A stretch of DNA of 64,000 nt from Lama glama (Eukaryota), in NCBI GenBank assembly GCA_028534125.1, contig CM052817.1, positions 81,470,001 through 81,534,000 on the forward strand. The letters are read 5' to 3'. The notes beneath the pieces are model-generated. The model worked only from the letters and a program-made list of their open reading frames with translations. It was not told the DNA's origin and did not search any database. Both the position numbers and the translations under genes were made by a program. How positions within the stretch are numbered: position 1 is the first letter of the stretch; each line of letters opens with the position of its first letter. Shown here in pieces: positions 11,011 through 24,204 of the stretch.

Positions 11011-13102
11011 TATTCAAATTATTAGAGTCACACATGTTTAGCCTATTTCATAATATTTCTGAGCCCACATAGGCCCAGGACAAAGCTGGCAATTGTCTTA
11101 CTAATGTGATGTGTAATTATGGAGTCATTAGTAAGTAATTTAGCGAGAAACCTTTTTAGACACAAGTTCAAGTCTTGGTTTTACAAATAAGGTCCTTTAA
11201 TGTTTTCTGCTTACTTAGGTCACTCAATTTCAAAGGCTCACTTCGAAATTTCAAGAGAGCAGCTGAGAGATTCTCTAAAAATTGGGTTTTGTAAATTATT
11301 ATACTGGGTGAGAGCTCAATATTGGCAATAAAAATCTTTGATGAATTTTCAGTAGACTGATGTCTATAATCACTCATTTCATGGTAACATAAATTGGAAA
11401 ACATATTCTCTGAAACTAATAATCTTTATTATAAACATATGACATTTGCTTATAAAAAAACTTTAAATCTGCTGCAACACAAGCTTATTTTTCTGCTTTT
11501 AATTTATTTAAGATTTAAAAAATCTAATTTCATCAGATTATTTCATTTATTATTATAAATATGTTGTATTATATTTCAAATAGCATATGATTATGATTAG
11601 TCATATTCAGTAGACAGAATTCACTTAGAATTGTTATTTTTTGGGAATGGCTTACCATGTCATTTCAAAGGATAATTTGCCTTCAAAAATATGAAAAAAA
11701 AGATAAAAGTTTATTTACAACTGTGTGATAGTTTAATATTCTTTCAGCTTAACATTTTTACTCATGTTCCCCTATATCTTTGTCTCTGACTCAAACAAAA
11801 CAAAACAGAGTAAATAAACAACAAAAAAAGACAAATTCTTTTTTGTGGAGTTAATGAGGAGAGGAAGGTATTTTTGTTTAAGAGTCATTAAGCTTAAGGC
11901 ATCTTTGTCTTTTCAGTGAATTTCAATCATGTGTAGGTTGCTGGGGTGGGTGTTGCTGGAGACAGATGAACATGCCTCGGTTCCACCAAGTGCTCACACT
12001 ACAGGAAGGATACGTACATACACATATCTGTGTTAATACAGGTAGACTGAAAGGGCTTGATGGAGCCATAAAAAATACTGTGAAAATATGACAGAGAGAA
12101 ATATGAAGTTATTTTAGGGAAACTAGAAAATACTTCTTGAAGGTGGTAGGATTTGTGTTATAATACTGTAAGGATAGTCAGATACGGAGTATGTTAAGCA
12201 GAAGGAAATTGATAAAGAGTGAAAACTATGATTCAGATTGGGAAGAAACCCAAATGCATGTGTATTCTTTACTGGGGACAAACAGCAATAAAAATATATA
12301 TAAATCATTATTTTCTAAAATCTAGCTTCCTTGGTGCTGAAGCAGCATAATTTGTTATTTTCCTAATAAAAAGAATTTGCATGTGGTTGGGGAGGGTGAG
12401 AAGAGGGAGCTGAATACACTGTGCTTAAAACCCAGTAATTTTCAATAATTGCCACAATTTTCTCCCTGCTTAGTGAATGCCAACTGGAATCAGCATTACC
12501 TATGAAGCACAATGGTGGAAAATGCAGTGTGCCTTAGTCTAATTATAATGCTGTAAGCCTTTAGATAAAAAGTTTACTCAAGCAAGTATGGTTGGACTGT
12601 GTGCAGTCTATCAAGCAGAAAAGAGCATGGTTCTTAACAAGTTACACTGCAGGAATACTTTCCAAGACTAGAATGTTATTTGGTCACGATCATTTTCTAT
12701 GTACTTCTCTTGCTTTCAGAACTCATGCTTCCCAATTTTTAAGCAATCGTATGAAAACTAAAATACTTATCAATTGTTTATTTCCTGAATTCCTATTATA
12801 TCCAAGGTATCATACATTGTTCCTAACCTCAGTATTACAACTTCTTAAAAAACAAATAAATTGCACTCATTCAAGCTAGATATAGAAGCTATGATTGCTA
12901 TTCAACTTTTCTTGGTCTTTAGCCTTTGCTAATTCATTGTATTCAATAGTTTCACTAACATCAGTAGCCTCAATCTCCAAGGGGAATAAAATATGCTTGT
13001 TCCACTTGAATAAATGTAAGAATAGTTATCAGCATTCAACCTATATTATTTATCTTCAATATTTAAAAAATGCTCTTGTTTAGTGTTTCATCGGATTATA
13101 AG

Positions 13103-13280
13103 TTATATATATACATATGTATTTATTTATAAATATATAATTTGTTTATGTACATATATGCATATACCTACATATATACAGATATTTCTGTGTTTATGTA
13201 TATGTATAAATATGTGCGCACATATGTGCATATGTAGGTGTATGCATATAGATGAATCTATTTTAATATATTATATGCAA
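13103..13280. repeat. Degenerate (TA/CA/TG)n low-complexity tract
   Basis: 'tatatatatacatatgtat...tgtgcgcacatatgtgcatatgtag'. Confidence 0.8.
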
Positions 13281-13350
13281 TAAATACTTAATATTTTTGT
13301 AGAAAACTCAAAAAGTCTAGAAAAGTATGACAGATAGAATAGAAGCCATA

Positions 13351-13427
13351 CATTGCCTAGCATGCTTGAGGTCCTGGGTTCAGTCCCTAGTACCTTCATT
13401 AAAAAAAAATAATAAATAAATCTAATG
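13351..13427 (+). mobile_element. Camelid tRNA-derived SINE (Vic-1), 5'-truncated
   Basis: 'gcctagcatgcttgaggtcctgggttcagtccctagtaccttcattaaaaaaaaataataaataaatctaat'; B box GGTTCAGTCC. Confidence 0.85.
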
Positions 13428-16363
13428 ATAAACAAAAAAGTCAGACATAACTCGACCATCCAAAGTTAACCAATCTAGACTTTACATTAACCCAAGTTAT
13501 GCAATTGGAAATCTCAGTATTAGAAATGGTATTTGATAACACAAGGCCAAATGTGTTAAATCAGCTTCTTCTTTATGTTTAAAATAATTTAAAAAGCAAA
13601 TTTGGGCTAATTTAGACCAATATGGACTAATATTGTGTAGAATTTTCTTCCTGATAGAAAATTTGACCAGTGTCCTATAGTGCAATGATCAAAATTGTTT
13701 TAAGCAAAGCATGGACCATCTAATATTCACACACATAATGACACTTTTCTCCAAGCTGTATGTAATTTGTTGTAATGACTTCTATCCAATGGAAAGTACT
13801 TCTGACTGAAATGCATTGGCTTTCAACTTTTGCATTACGGCATACTGTTCTTGCGTGTTTGTCTCTTCTGTGACGGGTGTCACAAATAATGTTATTAATA
13901 GAAATTAAAATACTGACAGATACTATTCAAAAACAACTTAAAGCTTTCCCACAAAATAATGTCACTCTGACTTTCTTGAGTGTGAAAGGACTAGCAACAG
14001 AAAGAGACAGAACATAGTGCCACCCGCAGCTTGTCCTATTTATGCTACAGCTGTTAATATTCAGTCGTATTGACAGTTGCTTACCGTGTGATAACTAATT
14101 ATTATATTACTGGCCAAAGTATTTTGGGTGTTCTATTAAAAGCTTGGAATGCTCACTGGATTGCATTTGCTCATTGTGAATATATGTGTGTTATGTATAT
14201 TGCAGTAGGAAAAAAAAAATTGGGATTCACTACTTTACAAGTGCTTTTCAAAAAGATTGAATCTTAGAAGGAATCAATACAGCAAACACAAGAGTTTAGT
14301 TTCACAGTGATCACCACCCCTTTCTAAATTCAGGTCAAGCTATATTAAGCTGTGTTGTAACCCAAAAGTGGAATGGTCCTGGGTAGGAAATAGCAGGATG
14401 ATGCTTCTAAATGTAACTTTTTAAAAGCAGAAATATTATTTGTTGGTCATTTGCACTTGAGTTTCATTTTCCATTAGATGGCACAAAAATAACAAGTTTT
14501 CCCTTCATTCGGAGGTAAGGAGATAGAAGGTCTCTCATGCCTCCTGGGATTAAATCCCCTAAAGCAAATATGATTTCATGAATTTAATCTCTATGTAAAT
14601 CAAGCTGCGGCACATGGTTAAAGGTAGTCCTTTCCCCTCTGATAAGAGAGGACAAACGGTGGCCAACTGTGTGTCAAGTTTTCTCACTACATTCATTTCT
14701 TAGTCATCTTTTGAGTGCCCCTTAAACTTACTGTCCCTTACTAAATTTACTGATTTGCTGGTCAGTGTGATAATCTCCTTTTCTCTCCCTGGGTGTTGCA
14801 CCTTATTCTACATTCAAGATTGTATAACATAAAATTTGAAATCGATTTCCTTGCTGAAAATTATTGAATACATCAATAGAGTTACATAGGTCTGTTCAGA
14901 TTTTCAGTGGATTTTCTCAAAACAATGCCTGTGTGATTTTTTTTTTTTTTTTGCTCTCTAAAAAGCACAACTTGGAGAAATGTTTCATAAAAAGCAAACC
15001 AAGCTATATCCAAAAGAACTACAATTTCCCAAACCCTATGAATATAGTAACTATTTTGTAAAGGCACAATCTGAGGAGGCTGAAAGGCTTTTCTTGAAGG
15101 ATTCCTATAGCAAATGAGAAATAAAACCTCTCTTTTTTGTGTATACACATGACCTTTTCCATCATACACACAGTATCCTGGCTAGCAATGTTTCTCTTAT
15201 CCCCCCACTTAAAATATTAATTGTGAATACAGCATTTGGTTTTCCTAGAATTATCATTTATTTCAAACTCATTCTGAATTGATAGTAAGTTGAGGTCAGT
15301 TCAAGGAATATTTATTAAATGCCTTTATTTGTGTACCAGATATTATTCAAGGCATGGGATATACACTAGAAAGAGAAAAGTCTCTCCTGTTACTATCTAA
15401 AAAGTTTTTAATTGAATGTTTTTAAAACTATCCCACTGAACATGTTACAAATCAAGTTATAGAAATGTTTATGACTTATTTGCTATAATTTCATGACTTA
15501 CGAGTAGTGTAGAAAGAGCTTTTAAAAATCAATAATTGGCTGGTTTTTAAAGTAGAAGTTTACCCAAACTTAGTAGAAATAGAACTGTCCTAAAGTTCAA
15601 ATACCATTTGAAGCAATTTGGCAACGTCTCGATACTCCCAAGCAAAGACTAAATATTTCTCCTTGACTGTTAAAGATTTTTAACTGGAATATCCAAGTTT
15701 AGAAAAAGAAATATTGCCAAATAGCACAGTTCTGAACACTGAGCAGATGCTCCATAAATACTTGCTGAAACTGACTGCAAATAATCCCTCTTACATTGAC
15801 AAGGAGACGTTTCCCCAACATGGTCCCAACGACTCTGTTTTACCTCCCCTATCGTCTGTTTTCACTTGGCTACAGCCATAGTTACCACATAAGCACACAC
15901 CAAAATTACGGGGTGTTCAGAGACTGAAGGGCCACTCAGATCATCTACATCCCTTCAATTAGCACATAAATAATATATCCCCATTTGTTTCTAAGGTAAA
16001 TATATGATTCATGAAATAAATTTCACATCATTAGATTAGTCCTTTTATAAAAGCAAATTAATCTCATATGATTTAAAAAAGATAGTTATCAATATAGTTA
16101 GTAAGTGAAGTGAATTTATTGTCCATATAGCTCAACTTTATTACTTTAGATACTTTATATTTAACAAAATTAGTATGACCTTTTTCATCAAATTCTTTCC
16201 TTTTTATCTAAATGACTTCTGGCTATTTCTTGTTTTTAAAAAAAATCCACTCATAAATGTGAATATTTGACACCATTGGAAAATTTCAAAAAATACTGTG
16301 AAGTAAATTCCAAATGAGAATTCTCAAAGTTATTCACAAATGTCAATGTCATTGCAGTAAATA

Positions 16364-16765
16364 TAGGTATCCCCTGCTTTTTGAAAGTTCATTTTACATC
16401 ATTTTGTTTTCACAAAAGACCTGTATTAGTTAATCCAAAGAGGATTTTTGCTTTTTTGAAAAAAGGTGAAAAGTGGAAGGGCTCAGTGTTTGTTTTGCAG
16501 CGAGCCAGCACAGAGGAAGCGCACACCCCCAGCAGCGGTGAGGATGGCCCCGCCATGCTCCTTCTCCAGGAACCATACTTGGCATCTCAGCATCTTGCCG
16601 CCATACTTTGAACTGTGTCTGTGAGCATTGGTACTTTATCTTGATTTATTTTGTGCATCCTTTAGCAAGACGTGTCCTAAGGTAATGGCTCCTTTGCTCT
16701 ATGTTATTTCGGCTTACTAATGTTTTCATGGGAACACTCTACTTTTGAATAGCTGGGGAAACCTA
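16364..16765. mobile_element. Non-autonomous Tigger-type (TcMar) DNA transposon, ~400 bp, both ends present
   Basis: TIRs TAGGTATCCCCTGCTTTTTGAAAGT ... ACTTTTGAATAGCTGGGGAAACCTA, flanked by TA on both sides (16362-63, 16766-67). Confidence 0.9.
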
Positions 16766-16984
16766 TATGTGATTAATGTCCTAATGTGATAACTTTAGGT
16801 AGATTGAACAGGTGTTTGTGTGTGTGTGTGTTGAGTTTTATTACCTGTTTATGGATAAATAAAAGTAGTTAAAAAAACTAAACCTATTGATTTCCAACTT
16901 GTTATTTGTGCGATAGGACACCAAAATAGTCTATTTTGAAAAGTAAATAATTTAAACAAGTTTTTCTCTATGGAAGAGAAGTAC

Positions 16985-17190
16985 AGCTAATATTTATTGT
17001 GTGTCAGTTATGTCCATGATCCTAGTGTTCTGTTTGCTTTATGAGTGCCTTTTCTTTTATTTACAAAAAGTAATTTATTTCCATTTTACCACTGAGGTCT
17101 TAGATGGTTGTATGGGTACTTGGAAGCTGTATGAGTAATTGGAGCCAACGCTGAAACTCAGGTCGTTTTGTTTCTAAGACTCTTGTTCTT
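16985..17190 (-). mobile_element. MIR SINE
   Basis: 'cagctaatatttattg', 'tttccattttaccactgaggtcttagatggtt', 'tgaaactcaggtc'. Confidence 0.65.
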
Positions 17191-17475
17191 TGAAGTAGCC
17201 CAAGAAGCCCCTTGAAATGTGAATTTATGAATTGTTGACAAGCTTATGCTTATTAATAGATCCTGGGGTCCAGCTGTATTAATTTTTTTAACGTTGACCT
17301 AAAATTTAAGTTTGACACAAACACTTTAATAGTAAAATCTTACAATTAAAACTTTAAATAGGTTTTAAAGTTTGTTATCTTAGATTTATAATGCAGAATA
17401 TTCAGATTTTAATTTTATGTAGTGATCACAAAATTCTCATGATCTGATTATAACAAATTTTTTTGGAGAAGAGGA

Positions 17476-17513
17476 CAGTAGTCAGGAAGTAAAGCAGTAG
17501 TCAGGAAGTAAAG
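17476..17513. repeat. Perfect 19-bp tandem duplication
   Basis: CAGTAGTCAGGAAGTAAAG x2. Confidence 0.95.
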
Positions 17514-18988
17514 CAATCATCAGGATAAGAAATAAAGAATCTTAGAATAACCTGGAAGCTATACATGATGACAGTAGGTCAACATAGATGGATGAAATAG
17601 AGAAACAATTATGATTACATTTTGAAAATTTAACTAAAATCCTTCTTGTCCAAAGCCAGGTTTCTTGTTGGTCTGAACATGCAGGCATCTGCTAATTTGC
17701 CTATCTCTTGTATTGAGTTTCCTTTCTAGCAAGATAATTTTAGGAGTGCTATAACACTGAAATCATTTTCACACACATACCATCAGGGAAATTCTCTGTA
17801 TCAGCCTGTTTATAGCAAATGATATACCATATGTAAAAAAAAAAAAATCTGCTTTGAAATCTTCTGAGTGATTTAGCATTCACTTCGTAAATGTTGATGA
17901 CAGTCCATATATCACATAAATACAATTCAAATTTTTACTTCTGTCAGTCTTAATCAAAAATGATTTCTTGTTACTGACTGGGATTATGTAATCCAAACCT
18001 AAAATATTTCGTATTCAAAGATTTATTTTATGTGTACATAAGTTGGACTAGCTTAGATGTTCAGCACAAAAATACATCTTGAAATTTGTAAAGTGTTTGC
18101 TAAAATTCATTACATATTTTCCAGTTCTAAGTTATGTTCTGGATTCATGTTATTTTTCCATCAATTCTGAAAATATTTTTCTTAAAGTCCATGCTATTTT
18201 CCTTATGAGAAATTATTTCCTACCTTTCTCTTTGTTTTGCTAGTGTCATTTTAAACCCTCCTATTTTCAGGAAATTCTGACCCAGGTTTTTTAATCCTTT
18301 TCTTTCTTACTTTCTTTCTTTTTTTTCCCCCCTACTTTCTTTAGTTCTTTGCCTGGACTGTGCTACCAAATTGTTAGGAACTGTTTTTAATCATACTGAA
18401 TGAAGAAGTATAACTTTGAAATAACTTTGTCTAATCAGAATAGTTTCTTGAAGAAGGAACTTCAGGAATCAAGTGGGTTGTCATAGAGCTTTTATATGTT
18501 ACATTGTATTGTGTACTGTTAGCCCCTTCAGGACAAGGAAATTGTTCTGTACATAATGTATTTCTTGTGGTCAGAGTTCTGAAAATGCTGTCTGTCCAGG
18601 AAAGAGTCTTTTAACCCAGAAGAAGCTTAAAAATTACACTGAAAACAAAGGCAGATAACTGTATAGAGAGGAAGAGAGTTAATCATTGAGAAGTAAATCA
18701 TTCTCCAGAATTTTTTACTTAGATTATACGAAACTATATAGGATTTATAATTTTAGTCCTTCAGTACTCTAACTGAAAGCTATAAATGATATTGCAGAGT
18801 TGAGGAAGGGGGAGGGGCACTAATTGAAGCAGAGAAGACTATTTAAGCCTTTGTGTTTTTTCTACATATTTTCATGCAACTATAGAGTATTTTCACAATA
18901 CAATTATTTTTCTAATGACAGTGATGGCAGCTTTATAATGATTATATTATATAAATATATAATATATATTATCCCATATAATAAATTG

Positions 18989-19132
18989 AATATATTCAAC
19001 TTCTTATAATAAGCTATAATGGAAAAGAATCTGAAATATATATATATACATATATGTATAACTGAATTGTTTTGCTGTATACCTGAAACCAACATTGTAA
19101 ATCAACTATAATTTAATAAAAAAATTTAAAAA
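18989..19132 (+). mobile_element. Short 5'-truncated L1 3' end (cetartiodactyl L1 type) with A-rich tail and 11-bp TSD
   Basis: 'tataatggaaaagaatctgaa..gtataactgaa..ttgctgtatacctgaaaccaacattgtaaatcaactata'; TSD ATAATAAATTG at 18978-88 and 19133-43. Confidence 0.9.
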
Positions 19133-19339
19133 ATAATAAATTGTGATGAAAAATTTAACTACAATACTTTGTATATAATCTTAAAATTAATATTTTGAAT
19201 GTTTATGAATTATCAACTGTAATTTTGAATTACTATAGATTACTGTTTTTGAACAGAGGAAAAACCAGAAATATAATTATTTTAAAGAAGATAGCATTTT
19301 CCAATAAATCATTAAAACCTATGGTGCTATTAGGCAAGG

Positions 19340-19755
19340 CAGAGTATTAGTTGCTGTAAAGAGATTCCAAAGAATAATCGATTAACAAAAAGTGGACATG
19401 TATTTCCTCTGATGTAACAGTTTGGCATCTCAGGCTTCTGGAGCAACTCTGCTCTACAAGGTCATGTCGGATCAGAAGATTGTTCCATTGCATTGCTTCT
19501 GTCTACACCTAGGCCATGGCATCTCCATGCCCTCAGCAGGAAGAGGGGAACAAAAATGCACCTCCAACAGAAGTCAGTTCTTTTTAAGCAAACAAGGTGA
19601 AGATTGTAGATATCACTTTCTTTCCCATTCCATTGTCAAGGACTTAGTCACATGGCCACACCTTCAAAAGAGACTTGAAAACATTTTGCCTGTGATTAGG
19701 TAATTACGGGGAATAGGGGGCAATAAACTTTGGGAAAAACTAGCAATCCGCTAAA
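19340..19755 (-). mobile_element. Old MaLR LTR (MLT1K/L-like)
   Basis: 'atcactttctttcccattccattgtcaaggacttagtcacatggccacacct'. Confidence 0.7.
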
Positions 19756-20829
19756 AAGAATATTGGTCATTTTCCTTCTCTCTTTAGAAGCTGTTACTTC
19801 ATGTTATAGTGTTAGAAGTTTGTGTAGAAAACTTGTAATTCATTTCAACATATTTTTCTCCCTGGATGCCATTTTTAATTAAAATATTTAGGAAATCTAT
19901 TTGATATTCTTTGTTTCATATTGTGTACCATAAGTACAATGTATAAGTAGGAAAGAAAATGGTCACCTGGGAGACTACAAGCCCTCCTTATGTATGGAAT
20001 CCAAAATAAGTTGTTTAATGTCAACTGGACAGAAGAAAGCTTTTATAGAATAAATTTTCTAGAAACATTACAATTACTCCTTTAGCTCTAGGATAACCAA
20101 AGAAAATCACTGTTAAAGGTACATTTTATAATTCTGTATCCAATTTTAAAATAAAGAATAGGTTATAATAGGTTATAATTAACTTTTGTGACTATGTTTT
20201 ACTCTCATTCATAGATGTTCCTAAGTTTGTCTTTAAAAGCTGTATGAAAAGGAGTCATTTGGCAACATTTCAGGCAAAAATGGAGACTCTAAAATAATAA
20301 AATACATCTTTATGCTTTCTATCTAAGCTAACTCAACTCTAATGGCAAAAAAAGGTGAAACTATAAAAAGATGAAATGACATATAGAAAAATAATAAGAA
20401 AGAAAATGTGGAAAATTAATAGTTCAATAGAAAATAGTCTAATTAGAAAAAAATCAGGGAAATGAGATCTTGTATCACTTAAGACTTAAGAATTAAGTAC
20501 AACCCTAAAAATATATGTATGTATAATTCTGAAAATATCTAATGAGAGCAGTGAAAACTTAAAAGGATGTATTCCACATTCAGATAAACTTTTTACTTTG
20601 AAATTTAAGGATCATGATATGCTATTACAGTCTACCAAGAGCTCATCATGAAAAATCTGATAAACAGAGACATAAGGAGAAACTAATCTAGATAAGTCAA
20701 ATTATTCTAGAAATTAATATGCATATTTTTTATTCTCAACATTCTCAACATGTAAAGTGATTACATAAGGTAAACGATTTGGACTTTTATTTAACACAGT
20801 AACAACTGTAATTACAGGATCTCTATTCA

Positions 20830-21328
20830 CAAGTATACCTCAGAGATACTGTGGGTTCAGTTCCAGACCGCCACAAAATAGTGAATATTACAATAAAGCA
20901 CATACCTGAATTCTTTGGTTTCCCAGTGAATTTAAAGTTATGTTTAAAAAAAAGTTATGTTTACACTAGCTGCTGTCTACTAAGCATGCAATAACATTAT
21001 GCCTGAGAAAACAATGAATAAACCTTACTTAAAAAGTACTTTATTGCTAAAAATTACTGACCATCATCTGAATCTTCAGTGAGTTTTAACCTTTTTGCGG
21101 TAGTAATATTGAAGATCACTGATCACAGATCACCATAACAAGTAATAGTGAAAAGCTTGAAGTAATGTGAGAATTACCAAAATGTGACATGAAACACAAA
21201 GTGAGCAAATGCTGTTGGAAAAATGGTGCCAATAGACTTACTTGATGGAGGCCACATACTTTCAATCTGTGAAAAAATGCAATATCTGCAAAGTTCAATA
21301 AAGCACAATGAAAATGAGGCATGCCTTG
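20830..21328 (-). mobile_element. Tigger1 internal-deletion derivative (~500 bp)
   Basis: Termini 'caagtatacctcagagatactgtgggttcagttccagacc' and 'aataaagcacaatgaaaatgaggcatgccttg'; 'gatcactgatcacagatcaccataaca', 'tgctgttggaaaaatggtgccaatagactt'. Confidence 0.92.
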
Positions 21329-21674
21329 CACAATTCCTGAAGAATAATAGTACACAATAACAAGAGTCGGAATAAACATACAATGTTCAATAAATAGAAT
21401 AAGGTATAATATGTAGTTGGAAATACCACAAAAAAAGGGACTAAACTTCGGTTTTAGACCCAAGAAGAAGGATCTTGATTTACAGGTATACCTCAGAGAT
21501 ACCTCATCTTATCAGGACGAATCCCCCCGAGGGTGCCTCCTTCATGCTTCCCATGGTGCCTGTCTCAGGAAACCTATCCCCCTGGTCAGGCCTTATTTAA
21601 GATATTAACTCTTCCCCTTTTTGTTCCTCTCCCTTCGACTTTTAACATGAGTAGTTTCCCTGTTTTCTTTTCCT

Positions 21675-21842
21675 TTTTTTTTTTTAACACGTTTATTGTG
21701 GTATGTTTCCTGTACAGTAAACTACATATATTTCAGATGTACAATTTGATGAATTTGAATAGGTGTATGCACCCATGAAACCGACACCACAAACAAGATC
21801 GCTAACATTTCATCACTCCCCAAGAGGTACAATTCCCTGTTG
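21675..21842 (-). mobile_element. L1 (L1MB/MC-like) 3' end
   Basis: polyT then 'tttattgtggtat..gtacaatttgatgaatttga..cacccatgaaacc..accacaaacaagat..aacatttcatcactcccca'. Confidence 0.8.
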
Positions 21843-23773
21843 TCACGCAGCAGAGGGCTTCCACCAGTTTTAAGCACCATTGTATCAAGGGCTTTCTCTG
21901 TCTTGTTCACCGACTATATCCTCAGTTCTCAGGACTCAACCTGTCACTGCTCAATAAGTATTGAATTAGTGATACAATCTTATCACTCATTTCCTCTCTT
22001 TTTTAATACCCAAACTGCTCAAATGTATGCCTAAACCTTCTGATTCTGTTTGTCCACAACCAGTTCACTTCTGAGAACCAGTCTGATGTTCTTCCTCACC
22101 ACACAATGCGTTCTTGGCCATCACCCAAATCCTCGTGAGTTACAATGACTTTCTCAGTTCTCATTCTCCTCAAACCATCCTGCTACACTTGGTATTAATT
22201 TTGAATTTTTTTCTAGGTTATTTTCTATCTCTATGCTTCAGCTGCCAATCCTTGTAGTTCAGTCTCTGATCTTTTGTTCTTCCCTGTATTACAAATAACT
22301 CAGAGTCTCCTTTATGTAGTCATCTCTCAAATCTAACTTCCTTATTTTAGTACAAGTTAATGAAGCATCATGTATTTATATTTTTTCTACTTAAAATTCT
22401 CTCTACCTCTACACTGGAAATTCTTGCTTCTTCATTAAGATTTAGATCAAATAATGAAAACAATGGCTTCCTTATGAAGCCCTTTCTTCACCATGGGAAA
22501 TCTTGGAGTTTTTAAGCAAAGGCTTGCATTATCACATCCTCTGCTTCCATTTGATCCCCAAGCACTTCATTAGTCAAGTTTCCCTTTCTCTAGGATGTAC
22601 CTGCAAAAGTCTACAGCCTTTTCCTTATCTGCAAATTTATAACACTGTTGTCAGTAATGCTCTTTAGATATTTAATTATAAAAAGCTTACATAGATTTTA
22701 GAGATACCTGTCCTGTTTTACTTAGTGAATTTCCTTAAAGTTTATAATTCTTAAAATGGATAGCAAATTCATATTAGTTGATCAAGTGATATTTCTTGGA
22801 TAAATTACTTAATGAATAAATGAGGAAAGGAACTCAAGTGTTGGCTTCAGCTGTTACTTTTTCTTACAATATACTATAACCTTATGGATATCAATTACCT
22901 GCCTCGGAAATATGGCTGTTAAGCAGATCTGCCAACCTGGGTCTACACACACACTGTAGGCTCAACTTTGCCTTCCCCACATTTCTCTGGCTGTGAGCAA
23001 GGGAGAGGCAGAAGCGTCTCAGTGACTCACCCCGCTCCCTGCATGTCCTCAGACAGCCCTAACAGTCAGGTTTAAAGCCTCCATTATTCCCACCTGACAT
23101 GTCTTCATTTCTCTATCATAGTATGAGCTCTTGCTTATAATTTCCAAAGATGATGTAGGGCTAGAATATTTCCTAAAGCAGGAGCAGGAATTCAGTAGCA
23201 CTCAGTATCCTGCATAAAAAGAAAGATTTCCCACTGTCCTTTATAGTATTAATGCATTCATTTGGATTCTCAAAATCTTCATGATTGTCACAGCACACAT
23301 CATCAGAGTAATTTAGGAATTATTGTCTATATTTCAGGAAGAATTGAGGAGGAGGCTTTGCAGAGAGATGTGTTAACAAATGCAAAATCAGAAATGGTAC
23401 ATTTCACAGCTGGGGGTGGGGTGTTGGGGATAATCAAGACCTGCCCACCACAGCTGCAGCTTCCTGCCGGGCCTCGTCTTCCCAGGGGGCTTCACGGAAG
23501 GCTGGGCTAAGCTCATGGCTGTTGGACTCTCCTGCAGGAATGGTAAGTGCCTTGGGCCAACAGGCACTGCGTGGCAAGGCTTTCTAGGTGCTTGCCCTCC
23601 AATTCCTTCTCCTGCCTGCTTTGCCTTTCCCTGACCTATGAGTCATTTTGTTCTTAACAAAGGTCCTTTGATCTCCTGTTCTGCTCTCCATCCTCCTTGT
23701 TCACATCTATCTCCTGGTTTTCACCATCATAAACACCCTGATTCTACAAGTTACTCGACTCTATGAAATGAGT

Positions 23774-24204
23774 CAGAGGCTTGTATGCCTAGAGGCAGTA
23801 GGTCGGTGATATAAATAAAAAAATTGGGGGCAGGGTGAGGTAGCGTATAGCTCAGTGGTAGAGTGTATGCTTAGTATGCACAAGGTCCTAGGTTCAGTTC
23901 TCAGTACCTCCACTAAGTAAATGAATAAATAAATAAATAAATAAACCTAATTACTCCCTGCTCCCCTGAAAAAAAAAAAAAAAGCAAAACAAGAAATTCA
24001 CCTTGAGTGGAAACAGCAGAAAACTGGAGGGGTCATGACTTCATTTATTGCAGACTGATGGTTGCCACTGGGGAAAATGGGCCAAATATAGCCACAATTA
24101 AAAAAGAGTATTTTTTTTTAACTCTGCAGACTAATTAAAACATATTTGTGGGCGTATTTGGCCTGTAGCCTGCTTTTTTTTTTTCTTTTTAATTTGATAC
24201 TCTG
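23774..24204 (+). mobile_element. MER102 (hAT-Charlie) interrupted by a Vic-1 SINE
   Basis: 'cagaggcttgtatgcctagagg', 'aaactggagggg', 'gttgccactggggaaaatgggcc', 'aaaacatatttgtgggcgtatttggcctgtagcc'. Confidence 0.7.
23825..23985 (+). mobile_element. Vic-1 SINE, full length
   Basis: A box TAGCTCAGTGG, 'gagtgtatgcttagtatgcacaaggtcctaggttcagttctcagtacctcc', (TAAA)n, 'aaacctaattac' tail, polyA. Confidence 0.92.

Noticed and set aside
23845..23912. tRNA gene (A and B boxes present)
   Set aside because: It is followed by (TAAA)n and a polyA tail and recurs in four diverged copies, some with TSDs, so it is a tRNA-derived SINE.
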